From an uncultured Methanosarcinaceae archaeon (GTDB lineage Archaea; Halobacteriota; Methanosarcinia; Methanosarcinales; Methanosarcinaceae): a stretch of 64,000 bases of DNA. Below are positions 43,790 through 55,399 of the stretch, one piece after another; the first letter of the stretch is position 1, and each line of letters starts with the position of its first letter. The DNA is taken from NCBI GenBank assembly GCA_963733675.1, contig CAVTET010000001.1, forward strand, positions 544,001 through 608,000. Direction: 5' to 3'. The translations under genes and the position numbers were made by a program. The notes beneath the pieces were generated by a model. It had not been told where the DNA came from. It searched no databases and saw nothing but the letters and a program-made list of their open reading frames with translations.

Positions 43790-44476
43790 TTAGTCAATCA
43801 ATAGAATAGACATTGGTTCAGGTTGCCCTTTAATGGGAAATTCTATGGGCATCTCTGATTCCGCAGCAGTTTTCTTCATATTGATTCCAACTGCGTGCTC
43901 CGGAATTCTTGCCATATTTGAATGGATACAGATTCCCTTTTCCACGTTGCATTTTTCACAAAGCCTACATGAACCATTCACGAATGCGACTGCAAAGGTA
44001 AAACCTTCATTAAAAGCTGCCTTTTCAAGCTCTAGCATCGCTAAAGCCATTTTTTTGCTGTAATCAAAATAATCTGACCAGAACTTTGCTGCTTTTTCCC
44101 TTGTTTCCTCAGACTCAGTAGGGTCAAGCCATGTTTTGTATGGAGCTTTTGCAATTTCTTCGTCTGCGACTGCAGGAGATCTGAACTTGACAAGCAGCGC
44201 ATACCTGTACTCGTTGAGTATCTCCCGAAACTCATCAACAGTTGGAACATGCGGTGGGCAGGTAAGCTTTTTCCCGTAGCCTATACATCCCCTGCATTTT
44301 AAAACCACCCTTTTCTCTACAAATACCTTGGAAATTGGAATTATCTTTGCATCAATTGCATCCATTTCCAGGGCTTTTTTTACAAGTAAATCACATTTTT
44401 CGGGTTCTATATCTCTGAATGACAAATTCACTCCTCCTAATGACTTTTTCCCAATTAAAAGCGACTTATTAGTCAT
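43790..44476 (-). CDS. DUF2284-like Cys-rich metal-binding protein (start possibly ~44430)
   Basis: KCRGCIGYGKKLTCPP, GSCRLCEKC, PEHAVGIN. Confidence 0.8.
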   Translation of the reverse strand: MTNKSLLIGKKSLGGVNLSFRDIEPEKCDLLVKKALEMDAIDAKIIPISKVFVEKRVVLKCRGCIGYGKKLTCPPHVPTVDEFREILNEYRYALLVKFRSPAVADEEIAKAPYKTWLDPTESEETREKAAKFWSDYFDYSKKMALAMLELEKAAFNEGFTFAVAFVNGSCRLCEKCNVEKGICIHSNMARIPEHAVGINMKKTAAESEMPIEFPIKGQPEPMSILLID

Positions 44477-44977
44477 AATTTTATTAGAAAATAGGTACTG
44501 TCAGGCGCAGTATATTATATAATCGTTTGCAAATATCTCTATTTCAGTGCAATTTTTATGAAAGTGGTCAAATCAAGTTCTCCTCATGTAGAATTTTTTA
44601 TCATTTTGTAAAATGTGGATTTGGCGAGTTCACTGATGCATAGATTTTTTTTGTTGCAAATCTATGCATTCTCTTAATTTCAGTCAAAATTTTGTAACAA
44701 TTTTATCTAAATATATATATATATATATATACATTCTTATTAAAATAAATGGATACCTAAAAGCCAAAACGTTTATAAAAACTATACTATTATTTTGACA
44801 AATTCCTAAATTTAATCATGTGAATATAAATAATGTATAAATAATTAGTGAAAACTCAGAGATTTAAAATCATCATAAATATCAATCAGTACACTTTCAG
44901 AATTTAGTGATGATTTGAAATTGAAAACCACTCGATTTTGAGATTGAGCCTCTCATTAAGTACAACTGTCAAAAATA

Positions 44978-45712
44978 ATGCTTAAAAGATGGAATATTAT
45001 GAAACTGAAATATAATATAGTCTTTCTATTAATCAGCATGGTTTTATTTTCGGCGATTGCACTTCCAGCATCCTCAATCATGAAGTTTGCGGCACAGCCG
45101 TATTACATTGATCCACAGCATAATTTGTGGCTCAAAGTCAACATGAATGAAAGTACACAACATTTCAATGTGTACAACACACCTGGCTATTCTTCCAATG
45201 GAGATATAGTCATGGGCATACGATAACTTTAGCTCCGGCAGCTTAAATACATCAAAGTGGGCATCTTACAAAGAAGGAAGCAATAATTCAACAGTAGACA
45301 TACATAATGGACATTTGGTGTTGTCAGGCTCTGGTAACACATCTTCTGCGAATGTTGTATTGAATAAGCCATTCACTAAAGGCATTGAATTAGCGGTCAA
45401 TGAAACACTAACAGGGGGTACTCATAACTTAGGTACATTTTCTGATGTTTCTTTTGGTTCCGGCGCACTCGTATGTGGGATTCGGGGAACGGATTGGTGG
45501 CATACAAGCTTCAATGATGGTGGCTCATTCCAAAATCAAGGAATGGACAAAGCAATTATTTGGGTAAACTCAAACAGTTTGGATATCGAGATACCAACTC
45601 CTGGAATCACACTAGGTGATTATATCAAAGAGAATGTTCCCCACACAGTAACATACGGTTATGATGCTTATGGTAATGCAACTATGTACATGCTAAATGT
45701 AACTCAAAATCG
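44978..45712 (+). pseudogene. Secreted/surface protein, frameshifted and truncated by a MITE
   Basis: Signal peptide, WLKVNM...YNTPGYSSNGD, Asn/Thr-rich; ends at MITE copy 3. Confidence 0.6.
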
Positions 45713-45862
45713 GGTTCCGTTGCAAAAAATCTGGCTTTCTTGCAAAATCAGAAAAAACCTTCACAATTAGGAAAGTTAATCATTTTCATTAGAAAGAAAA
45801 TGATACATAAAGGTGAAAATTATAGTGTCAAAATGCAGAAATATTATTTTTTCAACGGAACC
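45713..45862 (+). mobile_element. 150-bp IS6-derived MITE, copy 3
   Basis: Near-identical to 4005-4154. Confidence 0.93.
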
Positions 45863-46311
45863 GCATAAAGTGTTTCAAAGCTTATTTGGCATGAAAGTAC
45901 ATGATGTTCTCTTCCTCACGTACACTGTTTCTCATTTTTCCCCATAATTAAGAGTATTCTACGATTTCTTTATATATTTTCATCGATTGAGAATAATCAT
46001 CAAAGATTATATTGGTAATAGAAATACTTTAGACTTACAAATAAGAATAGAGATGAATTGAGATTTCAGTAGTTACTTAGCATTAAGAGATTATTTAATT
46101 AATTACAAAGAAATCTGATTTATTTATTTGTTTATTTATTTATTTATTTCGAAAGGAATATTATATATCTCTTTTATATGCTTATTGTCATATATGATTA
46201 TAGTAGGATAAAGTTCTCAATGTGACAAAAACATCTAACGATCCTTAAGTCAAACACTCTTAATGAGATGAAATTGTTGCGTTTATTCACTCAAACTTGG
46301 ACAAAATTTGG

Positions 46312-49300
46312 ATGAACGAAAAACTACGACAATCTGGCATTTATATTGTTGGAGATATGCTCTGGGGGGAGCATATCTGCCAATTCTATGATTCAAAAGA
46401 AGATTTAGCGGACATTCTGATTCCGTACTTCACATTAGGGTTAGAAAACAATGAGTTATGTCTTTGTGTTACGTCACAACCTCTGGACGTCGAGGATGCA
46501 AAAGAATCTATAAGGAAGGCTGTACCTTATTTTGATTCTTATCCAAACAAAGGGCAAATAGAAATCATATCTTACACTTGCTTGCATGTAACTGGGAGAA
46601 TCTACGATTCTAAAAGGATCATAAATTACTGGATTGAAAAAGTCATTCATGCCTTAGAAAATGGCTATAGCGGGCTGAAGTTGAGTGAAAATACTTCTTG
46701 GCTGGAAAAAAAGGATTGGGATTATTTTGTTGATTATATGGAAAAAATGGACGATATTATCAGTCAATACCAAATAATAGCTTTGGGCTCATATTTTTTC
46801 GACAAGTATATCACAACAAATATTATTGAAGTGGTCTCAAGCCATCAATTTTCTTTGAGCAAAGGGGAAGGAAAATGGAAGAAGGCAGATTATTTAGGGC
46901 GAAAGAGAGCTGAAGAAGTAGTTTTTCGAGCCGTGAAATATTGGGAATATACTTTTGATGCTGTGCCAGACCTGATAGTCACAATAGACACTAAATATCG
47001 GATAACCCGCGCAAACAGAACCATGGCGGTAAAATTGAGGTTTGCAAAAGAAGAGTGTATTGGGTTAACTTGCTGTCGTGCTATCCATGGAACAAGCGGG
47101 CCTCCTTTTTTTTGTCTGCACCAACAGTTGTTTAATGATGGACTCGAACACACTGCTGAGATTTGTGATTATCATCTTGGTGGTTATTTCATAGTAAGCA
47201 CCTCTCAACTACATGATTCAGAAGGAAAACTCATTGGGGGTATTTAAATCGCCCATGATATAAGTGAACGCAAAGTCGCTGAAGATGAGCTGCGCCAGAG
47301 TGAACATTGTATCGAGCAGAAGTTGGTGTATATCCCCTCATCGTCTCTAAAGATGGAGAATTTGCTTGCTGATATAATTGATATCCAGGTTATTCAGTCT
47401 CTCGTGAATGATTTCTATAAGCTCACTAGCATGCCTATAGGCATAAACGATCTCAAAGGCAATGTTCTGGTAAGCGCTGGATGGCAGGATATCTGCACTA
47501 AATTCCATAGGGTTCATCCACAAGTTTCCAAGTACTGCGTAGAAAGCGATACAAAACTAGCATCTGCTGCTACCCCTAGAGAACTTAAGATGTACAAGTG
47601 TAAGAACAATATGTGGGACATAGTGACTCCTATCATGTTGAATGACCAGCATGTCGGCTATATCTTCTCAGGACAGTTCTTTTTTGATGATGAGCCTCTG
47701 GACTATGAATTTTTTAGATCCCAAGCTAGAAAATACGGTTTCAATGAGGGAGAATACATGGCAGCGCTTAATAACGTTCCAAGGTTGAGTAGAGAGGCTG
47801 TGAAAACGGGCATGTCCTTCCTCATGGCATTTGCCAATACACTCTCACAACTAAGCTACAGCAATTTCACGCAGGCTCAATTGCTGACGGAACGCAATAC
47901 CCTGTTGAATGCGCTGCAGGAGAGTGAAGAACGTTTTCATACGATGGCAAATGCGATTCCACAATTGGCATGGATCTCCCGTCCAGATGGCTATATCTGC
48001 TGGTTTAATGAACGCTGGTACTCTTACACCGGTACCACTCCGGAGCAGATGGAAGGTTGGGGCTGGCAGATTGTTCACGACCCAGAAGTGCTGCCAAAAG
48101 TACTGGAGCAGTGGAAGGCTTCGATTTCGACGGGGCAAATGTTTGATATGGAGCTTCCTTTGCGCGGTACCGATGGTATTTTTCGCTCGTTTCTCACGCG
48201 TATTTTACCCCTGAAAGATGCAGCAGGAAACATCCTTTGGTGGTTTGGAACAAGTACAGATGTCACCGAGCGCAAAAAAACTGAAGAAGCCCTTAAAAAA
48301 GCACGTGACAGTTTAGAAGAAAAAGTCAAAGAGCGCACAACGGAGCTAGATAAAGCTTATAACTCGCTAAAAGAAAGTGAAAAAAGGCTCGCTGAAGCTC
48401 AAAAAATGTCTCATATTGGGAATTGGGAATTGGATCTTATAACTAACAAAATATATTTATCTGACGAATTGTATCTTATTTTTAACCACACTTTACGAGA
48501 ATTAGTCTCACCTTACAATGACTATTTAAGTTATGTAAGCCCCAAAGATCGAGACCATGTGGATAAGGCCTTTAAGGCAGCTATTGATGGAAAACCCTGC
48601 AGTATTGATCATAGAATTATCTTAGCTAATGGGGAAGAACGCACAGTCCATTTACAATCCGAAGCTATTTTTGATGAAAAAAAGATCCCTATTCGATTGA
48701 AGGGAATAGTTCAGGATATTACTGAACGTAAAAAAACTGAAGAGAAAATTCAGAGCTTAGCGAATGTTGTAGAATCATCAAATGATGCTATCCTTACTAT
48801 ATCTCTTGATGGTATTATTACTAGCTGGAATAGGGGTGCAGAGCAGATTTATGGTCATTCATCGGAAGAAATTATAGGAAAAAGCGTATCAATACTCTCA
48901 CCAGATGATCTCAAAGATGAAACAAAAAAGCTAATTGAAAAGGTTAAACTGGGAGACAGAATCCAACGTTACAGAACTTCAAGGTTAAGAAAAGATGGTA
49001 AGTTAATCTATGTTTCAATAGCTCTTTCTCCGGTTTTTGATTCATCTGGAGAGCTGGTGGCTATCTCAGCTATTACTAGAGATATCACTGAAAGCAAAAA
49101 AGCTGACGAAGTTTTAAAGTTGAAATTAGAAGAACTTGCCCGTTCAAATGAAGAGTTAGAACAATTTGCTTACGTTTCATCTCACGATTTACAAGAGCCT
49201 TTGTGGATGATAACAGGTTATTTGCAGCTTTTAAAACGGAGATATCAAGGCGAACTTGATGATAAAGCTGATAAATACATAAACTGTGCTGTTGAGGGGG

Positions 49301-49848
49301 CCTTCAGTATGCAAAACCTGATAAATGATCTTCTAGAATTCTCTCGAGTGACTACAATTACTAGAGAACCTGAATTTACGGATTGTGAATTTATTTTGAA
49401 TCAAATATTATCGAATTTAAAATTATTTATAATCGAAAGTAAAGCTACTGTTTCATATGGCTCTTTACCTAAGATAATGGCAGATTCTATCCAGCTAGTT
49501 CAGGTATTTCAGAATCTGATCATCAACGGAATAAAATTCCACGGTGAAAAGGCGCCAAAAATTCATATTTCTGCAGAGAAAAAAGCTAATGAATGGTTAT
49601 TTTCAGTTCAGGATAATGGAATTGGAATTGATCCTCGATGTTTTAAGAAAATCTTTGAAATTTTTAAAAGACTGCATAAAAGGGAAGAATATCCTGGAAC
49701 AGGAATAGGGCTTGCAATTTGTAAGAAAATTATAGAAAAACAGGGTGGACGTATATGGGTAGAATCTGAACCGAGTAAAGGTTCAACTTTTTATTTCACT
49801 TTACCAATTAATCCTATAAAAGTTCAAAAACTAAGTTTTAACACGTAA
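46312..49848 (+). pseudogene. MEDS-PAS-PocR-3xPAS-HisKA-HATPase sensor kinase split by one TAA (47245-47247)
   Basis: WGEHICQFY (MEDS), GWQDICTKFHR...YKCKNNMWD (PocR), SHDLQEPL, GTGIGLAICKKI; both ORFs in the same frame. Confidence 0.88.
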
Positions 49849-50193
49849 GAAAAAACGTTCAAATTGTTATTGAAATTCATTTATTAAAGAAGTCTCACTA
49901 ATTAATTTCTAACAACGTTTCCCATTTCTTTTGCTTTGAATAGAAAAGAAATCCTTAAAATATTTTGGTGTACTTTTTATATTAATGTATATGAATATAC
50001 GTGTAATAACAAGCTTTCATTTCAAAAAGTTCTTATTATGGTTCGTGGTGTCAGACTACATACAATGATGCTGATGAACTAAAGTTATTGCCATAGAAAA
50101 TATATGCAAAAACTTTATATTATATAATTGATAGTTAATCTATAGTAGTACATAACTACTCTATAGCAAACATTCTAAAAAGAAATGTTACAT

Positions 50194-50365
50194 TGTAGTT
50201 ATGTATCTATAAGTGATAAATTGTCGGCGAACTCTCCAACAGATGGTCTACGCAGCTGCAGGTATCTCTTACCGTTTTAGTGTAGTTATGTGTCTGGCAG
50301 TGAAATTATCACTGGGCTCTCCGACAGATAGTCTCCCACGCTGCAGGTATTTCTTTCCTGCAGCT
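50194..50365 (-). repeat. Two diverged direct repeats of ~77 nt (period ~87), candidate ncRNA
   Basis: tgtagttatg...ctctcc(a/g)acagat(g/a)gtct...gctgcaggtat(c/t)tctt at 50194-50270 and 50281-50355. Confidence 0.7.
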
Positions 50366-50429
50366 TATAATATATACTTTTGTTGGTACATCGTTGATGA
50401 CCATAAGACATCAGTTATTCACTGCTGTT

Positions 50430-50900
50430 GCCATGGTCAAGAATTAAAATTTCGGATCTCTAGGATAACCCTGCGGGATCAGAGAACTGTAGGGTCTCAA
50501 GAATCAACAATGACAGTAATCTTTTTAGATAAACCATTTCTGTTTCTCAGATTTTACATTTAATTTTGCTAATAAGATTTCATGTTATTGCGGTAATTTT
50601 CCTTGCCAGGGCAATAATTCTTTTGAATGTCAATTGATTCCTTCTTCCAATTTAAAAACTCTTTTAGCTTGTTATTTTATTTCTTGCTGTTGCATGAGCA
50701 ATTTGTGTTAGAATCCATTTGCGTTATTTTATCCTCTTTTTTTGGTTTTATGGTTGTATCTATTTATCTATATATTGGTATACATTCAGAAATATTCCCA
50801 GCTAATAAGCAAGCTTATTCCTGAAGAAGAATCTTTCAAATTATCGATACCAGCAGTTAGAGTTACTACACCAATTTCTCCAACACCAGGAACAGACATT
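50430..50900 (-). pseudogene. IS110-family transposase C-terminal remnant
   Basis: MSVPGVGEIGVVTL...KDSSSG..., KWILTQIAHATAR, IIALARKI fragments. Confidence 0.7.
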
Positions 50901-50906
50901 AAAATT

Positions 50907-51677
50907 TTAATTTACGTTCTTTGTATGCAAACAGAGGAGACCTTTTTTGATTATATCTCGTTCTTTTTGGAAATAACTTTCTTTTATAAAGGTCATGCTT
51001 TTACAATAATAGTCAAGCCCTCTAATAATAACCACCGGAATTCCGCCTGCTCCCTCACCCATCAGAAGGTTTGCAGCACCTGCAAGTTCATCTGCAACTG
51101 CCTCTTCTGTGATCTCAAGGGTTTTACCAAATAGGTCTTTTTCTCCAATCCAGCTTTTTATAGGTTTTATTTTATAAATCCCGATGGCAACACCAGTTTG
51201 CCCCATCTTAAAAGCTCTACCGTTTGTGTCAGTGACGATGACACTTAATCTTTTGCCACTCAGCCTTTCAATTCCATTCCCTATTTTTGAGGCACTAAAA
51301 TCCGGATTTTTTGGAGGGTAAAGCAAAAATCCATTTTCGATATTAGATTCATCAATTCCTGCATTTACACAGGTATGTCCTGTAAGAGTTGTTACAAGCA
51401 TGAAAGGTATTTCTACAAGGACTTCCCTGCTTCGGGTCAGTATAGCCTGGATAAATCTTGCATCTTTCCCGTTTCTAGCTGAAATATCAAGTGCTTTTTC
51501 TCCCGGCTTGATATCTTCAAGCCTGAAGGTATCACCTTCAGCTTTAGCAACAACTGTAGAGGCAATGATCACAATGTCCCTGTCATGAAGTTCGATATTC
51601 TCACATATAATCGAGGGCAGATCGTCTCCATTATGTATCAGGGGGATGTTTTCTATGGCTATGGCTTCGAATTTCAA
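50907..51677 (-). CDS. cofE: Coenzyme F420-0:L-glutamate ligase
   Basis: IASTVVAKAEG, CVNAGIDESN, VTDTNGRAF, ADELAGAANLLMGE. Confidence 0.94.
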   Translation of the reverse strand: MKFEAIAIENIPLIHNGDDLPSIICENIELHDRDIVIIASTVVAKAEGDTFRLEDIKPGEKALDISARNGKDARFIQAILTRSREVLVEIPFMLVTTLTGHTCVNAGIDESNIENGFLLYPPKNPDFSASKIGNGIERLSGKRLSVIVTDTNGRAFKMGQTGVAIGIYKIKPIKSWIGEKDLFGKTLEITEEAVADELAGAANLLMGEGAGGIPVVIIRGLDYYCKSMTFIKESYFQKERDIIKKGLLCLHTKNVN

Positions 51678-51822
51678 ATGTCTTCCTCATAAATCTTTGA
51701 ACTCGCAATGTAGAGTAATATGATTTTGATTTTTTCAAACGCGGAAAAAATAGCTCCGTGCAAACAAAATTTCAGAAATAAAGGCAGTAACCATAAATAA
51801 GACCACCGATATAATGGACCTT

Positions 51823-51885
51823 GTGGCGATGATGAGAGTTACCCCAACTGAGCAAAAGATGATGAGAACAATTTTCTGATGCCGC
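51823..51885 (+). ncRNA. Archaeal box C/D 2'-O-methylation guide sRNA
   Basis: C ATGATGA 51829-35, D' CTGA 51848-51, C' ATGATGA 51859-65, D CTGA 51876-79; terminal stem gtggcg/tgccgc; AT box upstream, T-tract downstream. Confidence 0.88.
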
Positions 51886-52029
51886 CTTTTATATCATTTA
51901 TTCACTTTGCTATGTTTCCTTCTTTCCTTATTTTTCCGATACTTTTTTCTTTTCTTGGCGCATTTAAGAATTTCTATTCAATCTTTAAACCAAATCTCTT
52001 TAGGGGTGTTAATTACGAGCCAGTATGAC

Positions 52030-52407
52030 ATGAATGAAATTCTACAAAAAATAAAGAATAAGAGCCCTTTTGAGTTAAAAGATAATGAAAGAAGCAGGCC
52101 CTCGAGTTTGAGGGTTATCGTCAGCAAACTGTACTACTCCCTAGACTATGAAAACGAGCCTCAGGCTTCAAGGGAAAAAGTGACTCAACTTCTTCTTTAC
52201 CATGGCCAGTTTAGTCTGGAAGAGATCGAGGAGATATTCCGATCATCTGCAAAAGAAACTACTTCTTATTCAATTGAATTTCTAAAACAGCACCCTGAAG
52301 TTGCAAAGGCCGAATCCCTGAAAAGTAAAGAGTTTCCGGATGAAACAGAATGGGAGGGAGTTGAAAAACCCACGGAAATAAAATACATTTTTCCCCACTA
52401 TCGATGA
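52030..52407 (+). CDS. Hypothetical protein (start uncertain)
   Basis: Open frame with protein-like composition from ATG 52030; the ORF extension upstream is low-complexity. Confidence 0.55.
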   Translation: MNEILQKIKNKSPFELKDNERSRPSSLRVIVSKLYYSLDYENEPQASREKVTQLLLYHGQFSLEEIEEIFRSSAKETTSYSIEFLKQHPEVAKAESLKSKEFPDETEWEGVEKPTEIKYIFPHYR

Positions 52408-52609
52408 GTTTCCATCTGAGAGGGCTCAACTTAATAGAATGGTCAAAAAAGCTCAAAATATTGTTTATGTGAATAAATTTGGGATTATTCATCTGGTAAA
52501 ATAGCATATTAACAATATCCTCTAATACCTAAAATTTTTCATTCACTTTTAACTATTCCTTTTACCTCTCTATATTCTACAAATATCCCCGTCTTGAACT
52601 TTTTCTCAT

Positions 52610-53830
52610 CCATAGCTTTAGTTAAATATGTATACTTTGAAATTTTTAAAAGGTACTGTTTTGAGTTTGATGCAATGGTAATAATGGTGATAATGTACAT
52701 TTTTATGTTGTTGCTGAACCAAAAAACTCTCCTTCAAACTTGATGTGGATTACACAAAATATAAGAGCAAGAAAAATCTTTAAAAAATATTATGAAATCT
52801 AAAAAACAATTAAAAAGGATAAATTTTGAAGAGATAAATGTTGCATTGATACTGTGAATAATTGTACAATTTCCGGTTCCGTTGCAAAAACTTCAACAAA
52901 ATATGTAAATCTATAAGTGATTAATAAAAATCAAAATATTCAAGGAAAATGTACTAACATTATAAAGCTATACCAAACAAGTGATTAATGTATTTGACTT
53001 CATTAAGAACAGAGTAATTTAGATCGATTACTTGTCCTTTTTTGATCATATTTATAGCTTCAATTCCTTTTAAAGTCTTATTAGCAGATCGAAAAGACTG
53101 AAATCCTAACATTGGATTAACGATTCTCTTTATAGATCTGTGATCTTGTTCTATAATGTTATTCAAATACTTGATTTGTCGAATGCCTACGTTTTTAGGT
53201 AGTATTTTATCAATTTTTAGTTTATCTATAGCAGGTGGATAAGCTGGATTCTTATCAACGGTTATTAATCTTGGAATTTGATTATGATTAGAACTTAAAG
53301 CTTTCTTAAAGAATCTCTTCGCTGCCTTTCTATCTCGTTTTGAACTTAACATGAAATCAATTGTATCTCCATTTGAGTCAACTGCTCGGTAAAAATATTT
53401 CCATTTACCTTTTACTTTGATATAGGTTTCATCAACTCTCTACGAATCATTTGTTGGTCTTAAATGTCTTCTTATCTTCTTTTCTATTTCAGGGGAATAT
53501 TGATGTACCCATCTCATGATTGTTGTATGGTCGACTTTTACTCCCCTTTCTGCCATCATTTCCTTTAAATTTCTATAACTTAATGCATATTTTAAGTACC
53601 ATCTTACATTCAATAAGATAATTTCCCCTTCATAATGCTTCCATTTAAAGGAATTAGATAGCATGTTACTATCTTTGGTTTTCTTTTTATTCTATTGTAT
53701 CATTAGAAAGGATTTTTTGCAACGGAACCATTAAAAACGCTGTTAAAAATCAGGGGAACAATAAAGTAAAAAAATCATATAAGTAAATGAAAATATTTGA
53801 TTTGGAATAATTTCTTTATTTCCAAAGCTG
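52610..53830 (+). mobile_element. Old IS200 tnpA remnant interrupted by IS6 copy 2
   Basis: Similar to 41570-41875 on both sides of the IS6. Confidence 0.7.
52875..53729 (-). mobile_element. IS6-family element, copy 2; transposase 53664-52960 with in-frame TAG at 53442-53440
   Basis: Near-identical reverse complement of 6886-7740. Confidence 0.95.
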
Positions 53831-53882
53831 GAGGCGAATAGATTCAGTTGCCTATGGTAGGTTCCGAAACAGAGACTTGATT

Positions 53883-55046
53883 TTAATTCTCTTTACCGAT
53901 CTCCTTAATTTCAGATGAATTCTGTTTTTTTTCTCTTTTTTTTCGTTTCCAGTTTTCATCAGCCTTATTTGATACGGAATATTTTATGCCTGCAAGAGCA
54001 ATAAGAACTGCAATAATGGTCGAGTATACAAAATATTGAAGTGCTAGAGATGTCTCATTAGTGCCCCCTGTTGAAAGTGAAAATGCTGCTAAAATATACG
54101 TGGTTGCACCCCAAAAAAGTAACCCAGTTGCGATGATAAAAAGAGAGATTGAAACATTCTTATATATCGGTTTACCCTCCATCCTTAGATCGAATATTTT
54201 CCCTAGGTCTGCAAGTATTAGGGCTCCTGCATACCACCAGACAGAGGCATGGGCGAAAACTGAGACAAGAGTAAGGGTTCCATGGTACCATATTCCTTCT
54301 CTCGAATAAAGTTTCCATACTTCCATGGCACCATATGAAGTTGCTATAAGACTGGTAAGTATGGCAGCCATATAGCTTATAAAAACCATTTTTTGTTCAA
54401 GAAAAGCATCCATCAACCTTTCTTCTTCAAGGGCAACAATATCATCCAGCCCAAATCCCCTATACAACATGTAAAGTCCAACAGCTGCAAGAATTCCTAC
54501 AATTGCACCTTCGGGATAATGAGCAAGCAGAAATATGGAATAAATAAGAAAAGCAAGTCCTAAAGGCACAAAAAAAGTCTGGGATATTTTCGGGTTGCTG
54601 AATGCATGTTTCAGGATATAATAAGTACTTTCTAGGTTTTCGCTTTGCATTACCACAATTCTTTTTACAGAATCGATTTTCATGCGGGATTGGACAATAG
54701 GAACTAGGGTTTCATCTTCTGCTCCATCCGAGACAAAGATCGATCTCTGCACTTCATTAGTCTGGAGGAAGTTTTCGAGCTGTTCCGCTATTTTCTGGTC
54801 TGAAATAACTCCTACATTTTTGTCTCCTGCAAAAGAGATTATCTCCACGTCAGCTCCCTTTGCTCGCAGTTCATCAAGTATCCGGATTCCGCCGAAAATT
54901 GTATTGGTATCCGAGTCCTCCGGATCTGCGATCCCAAGTGCAACAGCAGCTTGAATGTTTGCTTCCCTTCCTATTATAGGGGTTTTTAAATTTGCTTTTT
55001 CTCCAAGGTCATTATCTCGGTCTATGCATATAATTAGGGTCTGCAT
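53883..55046 (-). CDS. DUF373-family archaeal membrane protein
   Basis: ICIDRDNDLG, DPEDSDTN, VSDGAEDE, VVMQSENLESTYY, then TM helices. Confidence 0.88.
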   Translation of the reverse strand: MQTLIICIDRDNDLGEKANLKTPIIGREANIQAAVALGIADPEDSDTNTIFGGIRILDELRAKGADVEIISFAGDKNVGVISDQKIAEQLENFLQTNEVQRSIFVSDGAEDETLVPIVQSRMKIDSVKRIVVMQSENLESTYYILKHAFSNPKISQTFFVPLGLAFLIYSIFLLAHYPEGAIVGILAAVGLYMLYRGFGLDDIVALEEERLMDAFLEQKMVFISYMAAILTSLIATSYGAMEVWKLYSREGIWYHGTLTLVSVFAHASVWWYAGALILADLGKIFDLRMEGKPIYKNVSISLFIIATGLLFWGATTYILAAFSLSTGGTNETSLALQYFVYSTIIAVLIALAGIKYSVSNKADENWKRKKREKKQNSSEIKEIGKEN

Positions 55047-55399
55047 GGCTCCTCTATAACTTTAAAAGCTTACTCAATGCAGAGAATTGATTTTTCCTGA
55101 ATACTATCTTTGAGTTTGGCATTTATTAGTTTCTGATCGGAGTTTTCGATAGACTTCTGTAATCAGTTAAGTGTGCTTATTTTACAACAATAGTATCTTC
55201 ATTAATACTTTATAAGCTTGTATTGTGATGAAACCACTTTTGTAACCATTTCTCATTTTCAAATTCAATTTTAGCTTTAGTGAATATGGGTTGCCATATA
55301 GTATATAATTTTTATTATATCTTGTAAATTATTTAGGTATGCTCCTATGCATTTGAGTCTTGGAGAGTTTAAATCTCTGAACAATAATTTCTACTTACT

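Noticed and set aside
44711-46149. (TA)n at ~44711-44731 and (ATTT)n at ~46117-46149 as phase-variation tracts
   Set aside because: Intergenic microsatellites in AT-rich DNA with no evidence of function
50213-51134. + strand ORFs
   Set aside because: Antisense to the IS110 remnant and cofE
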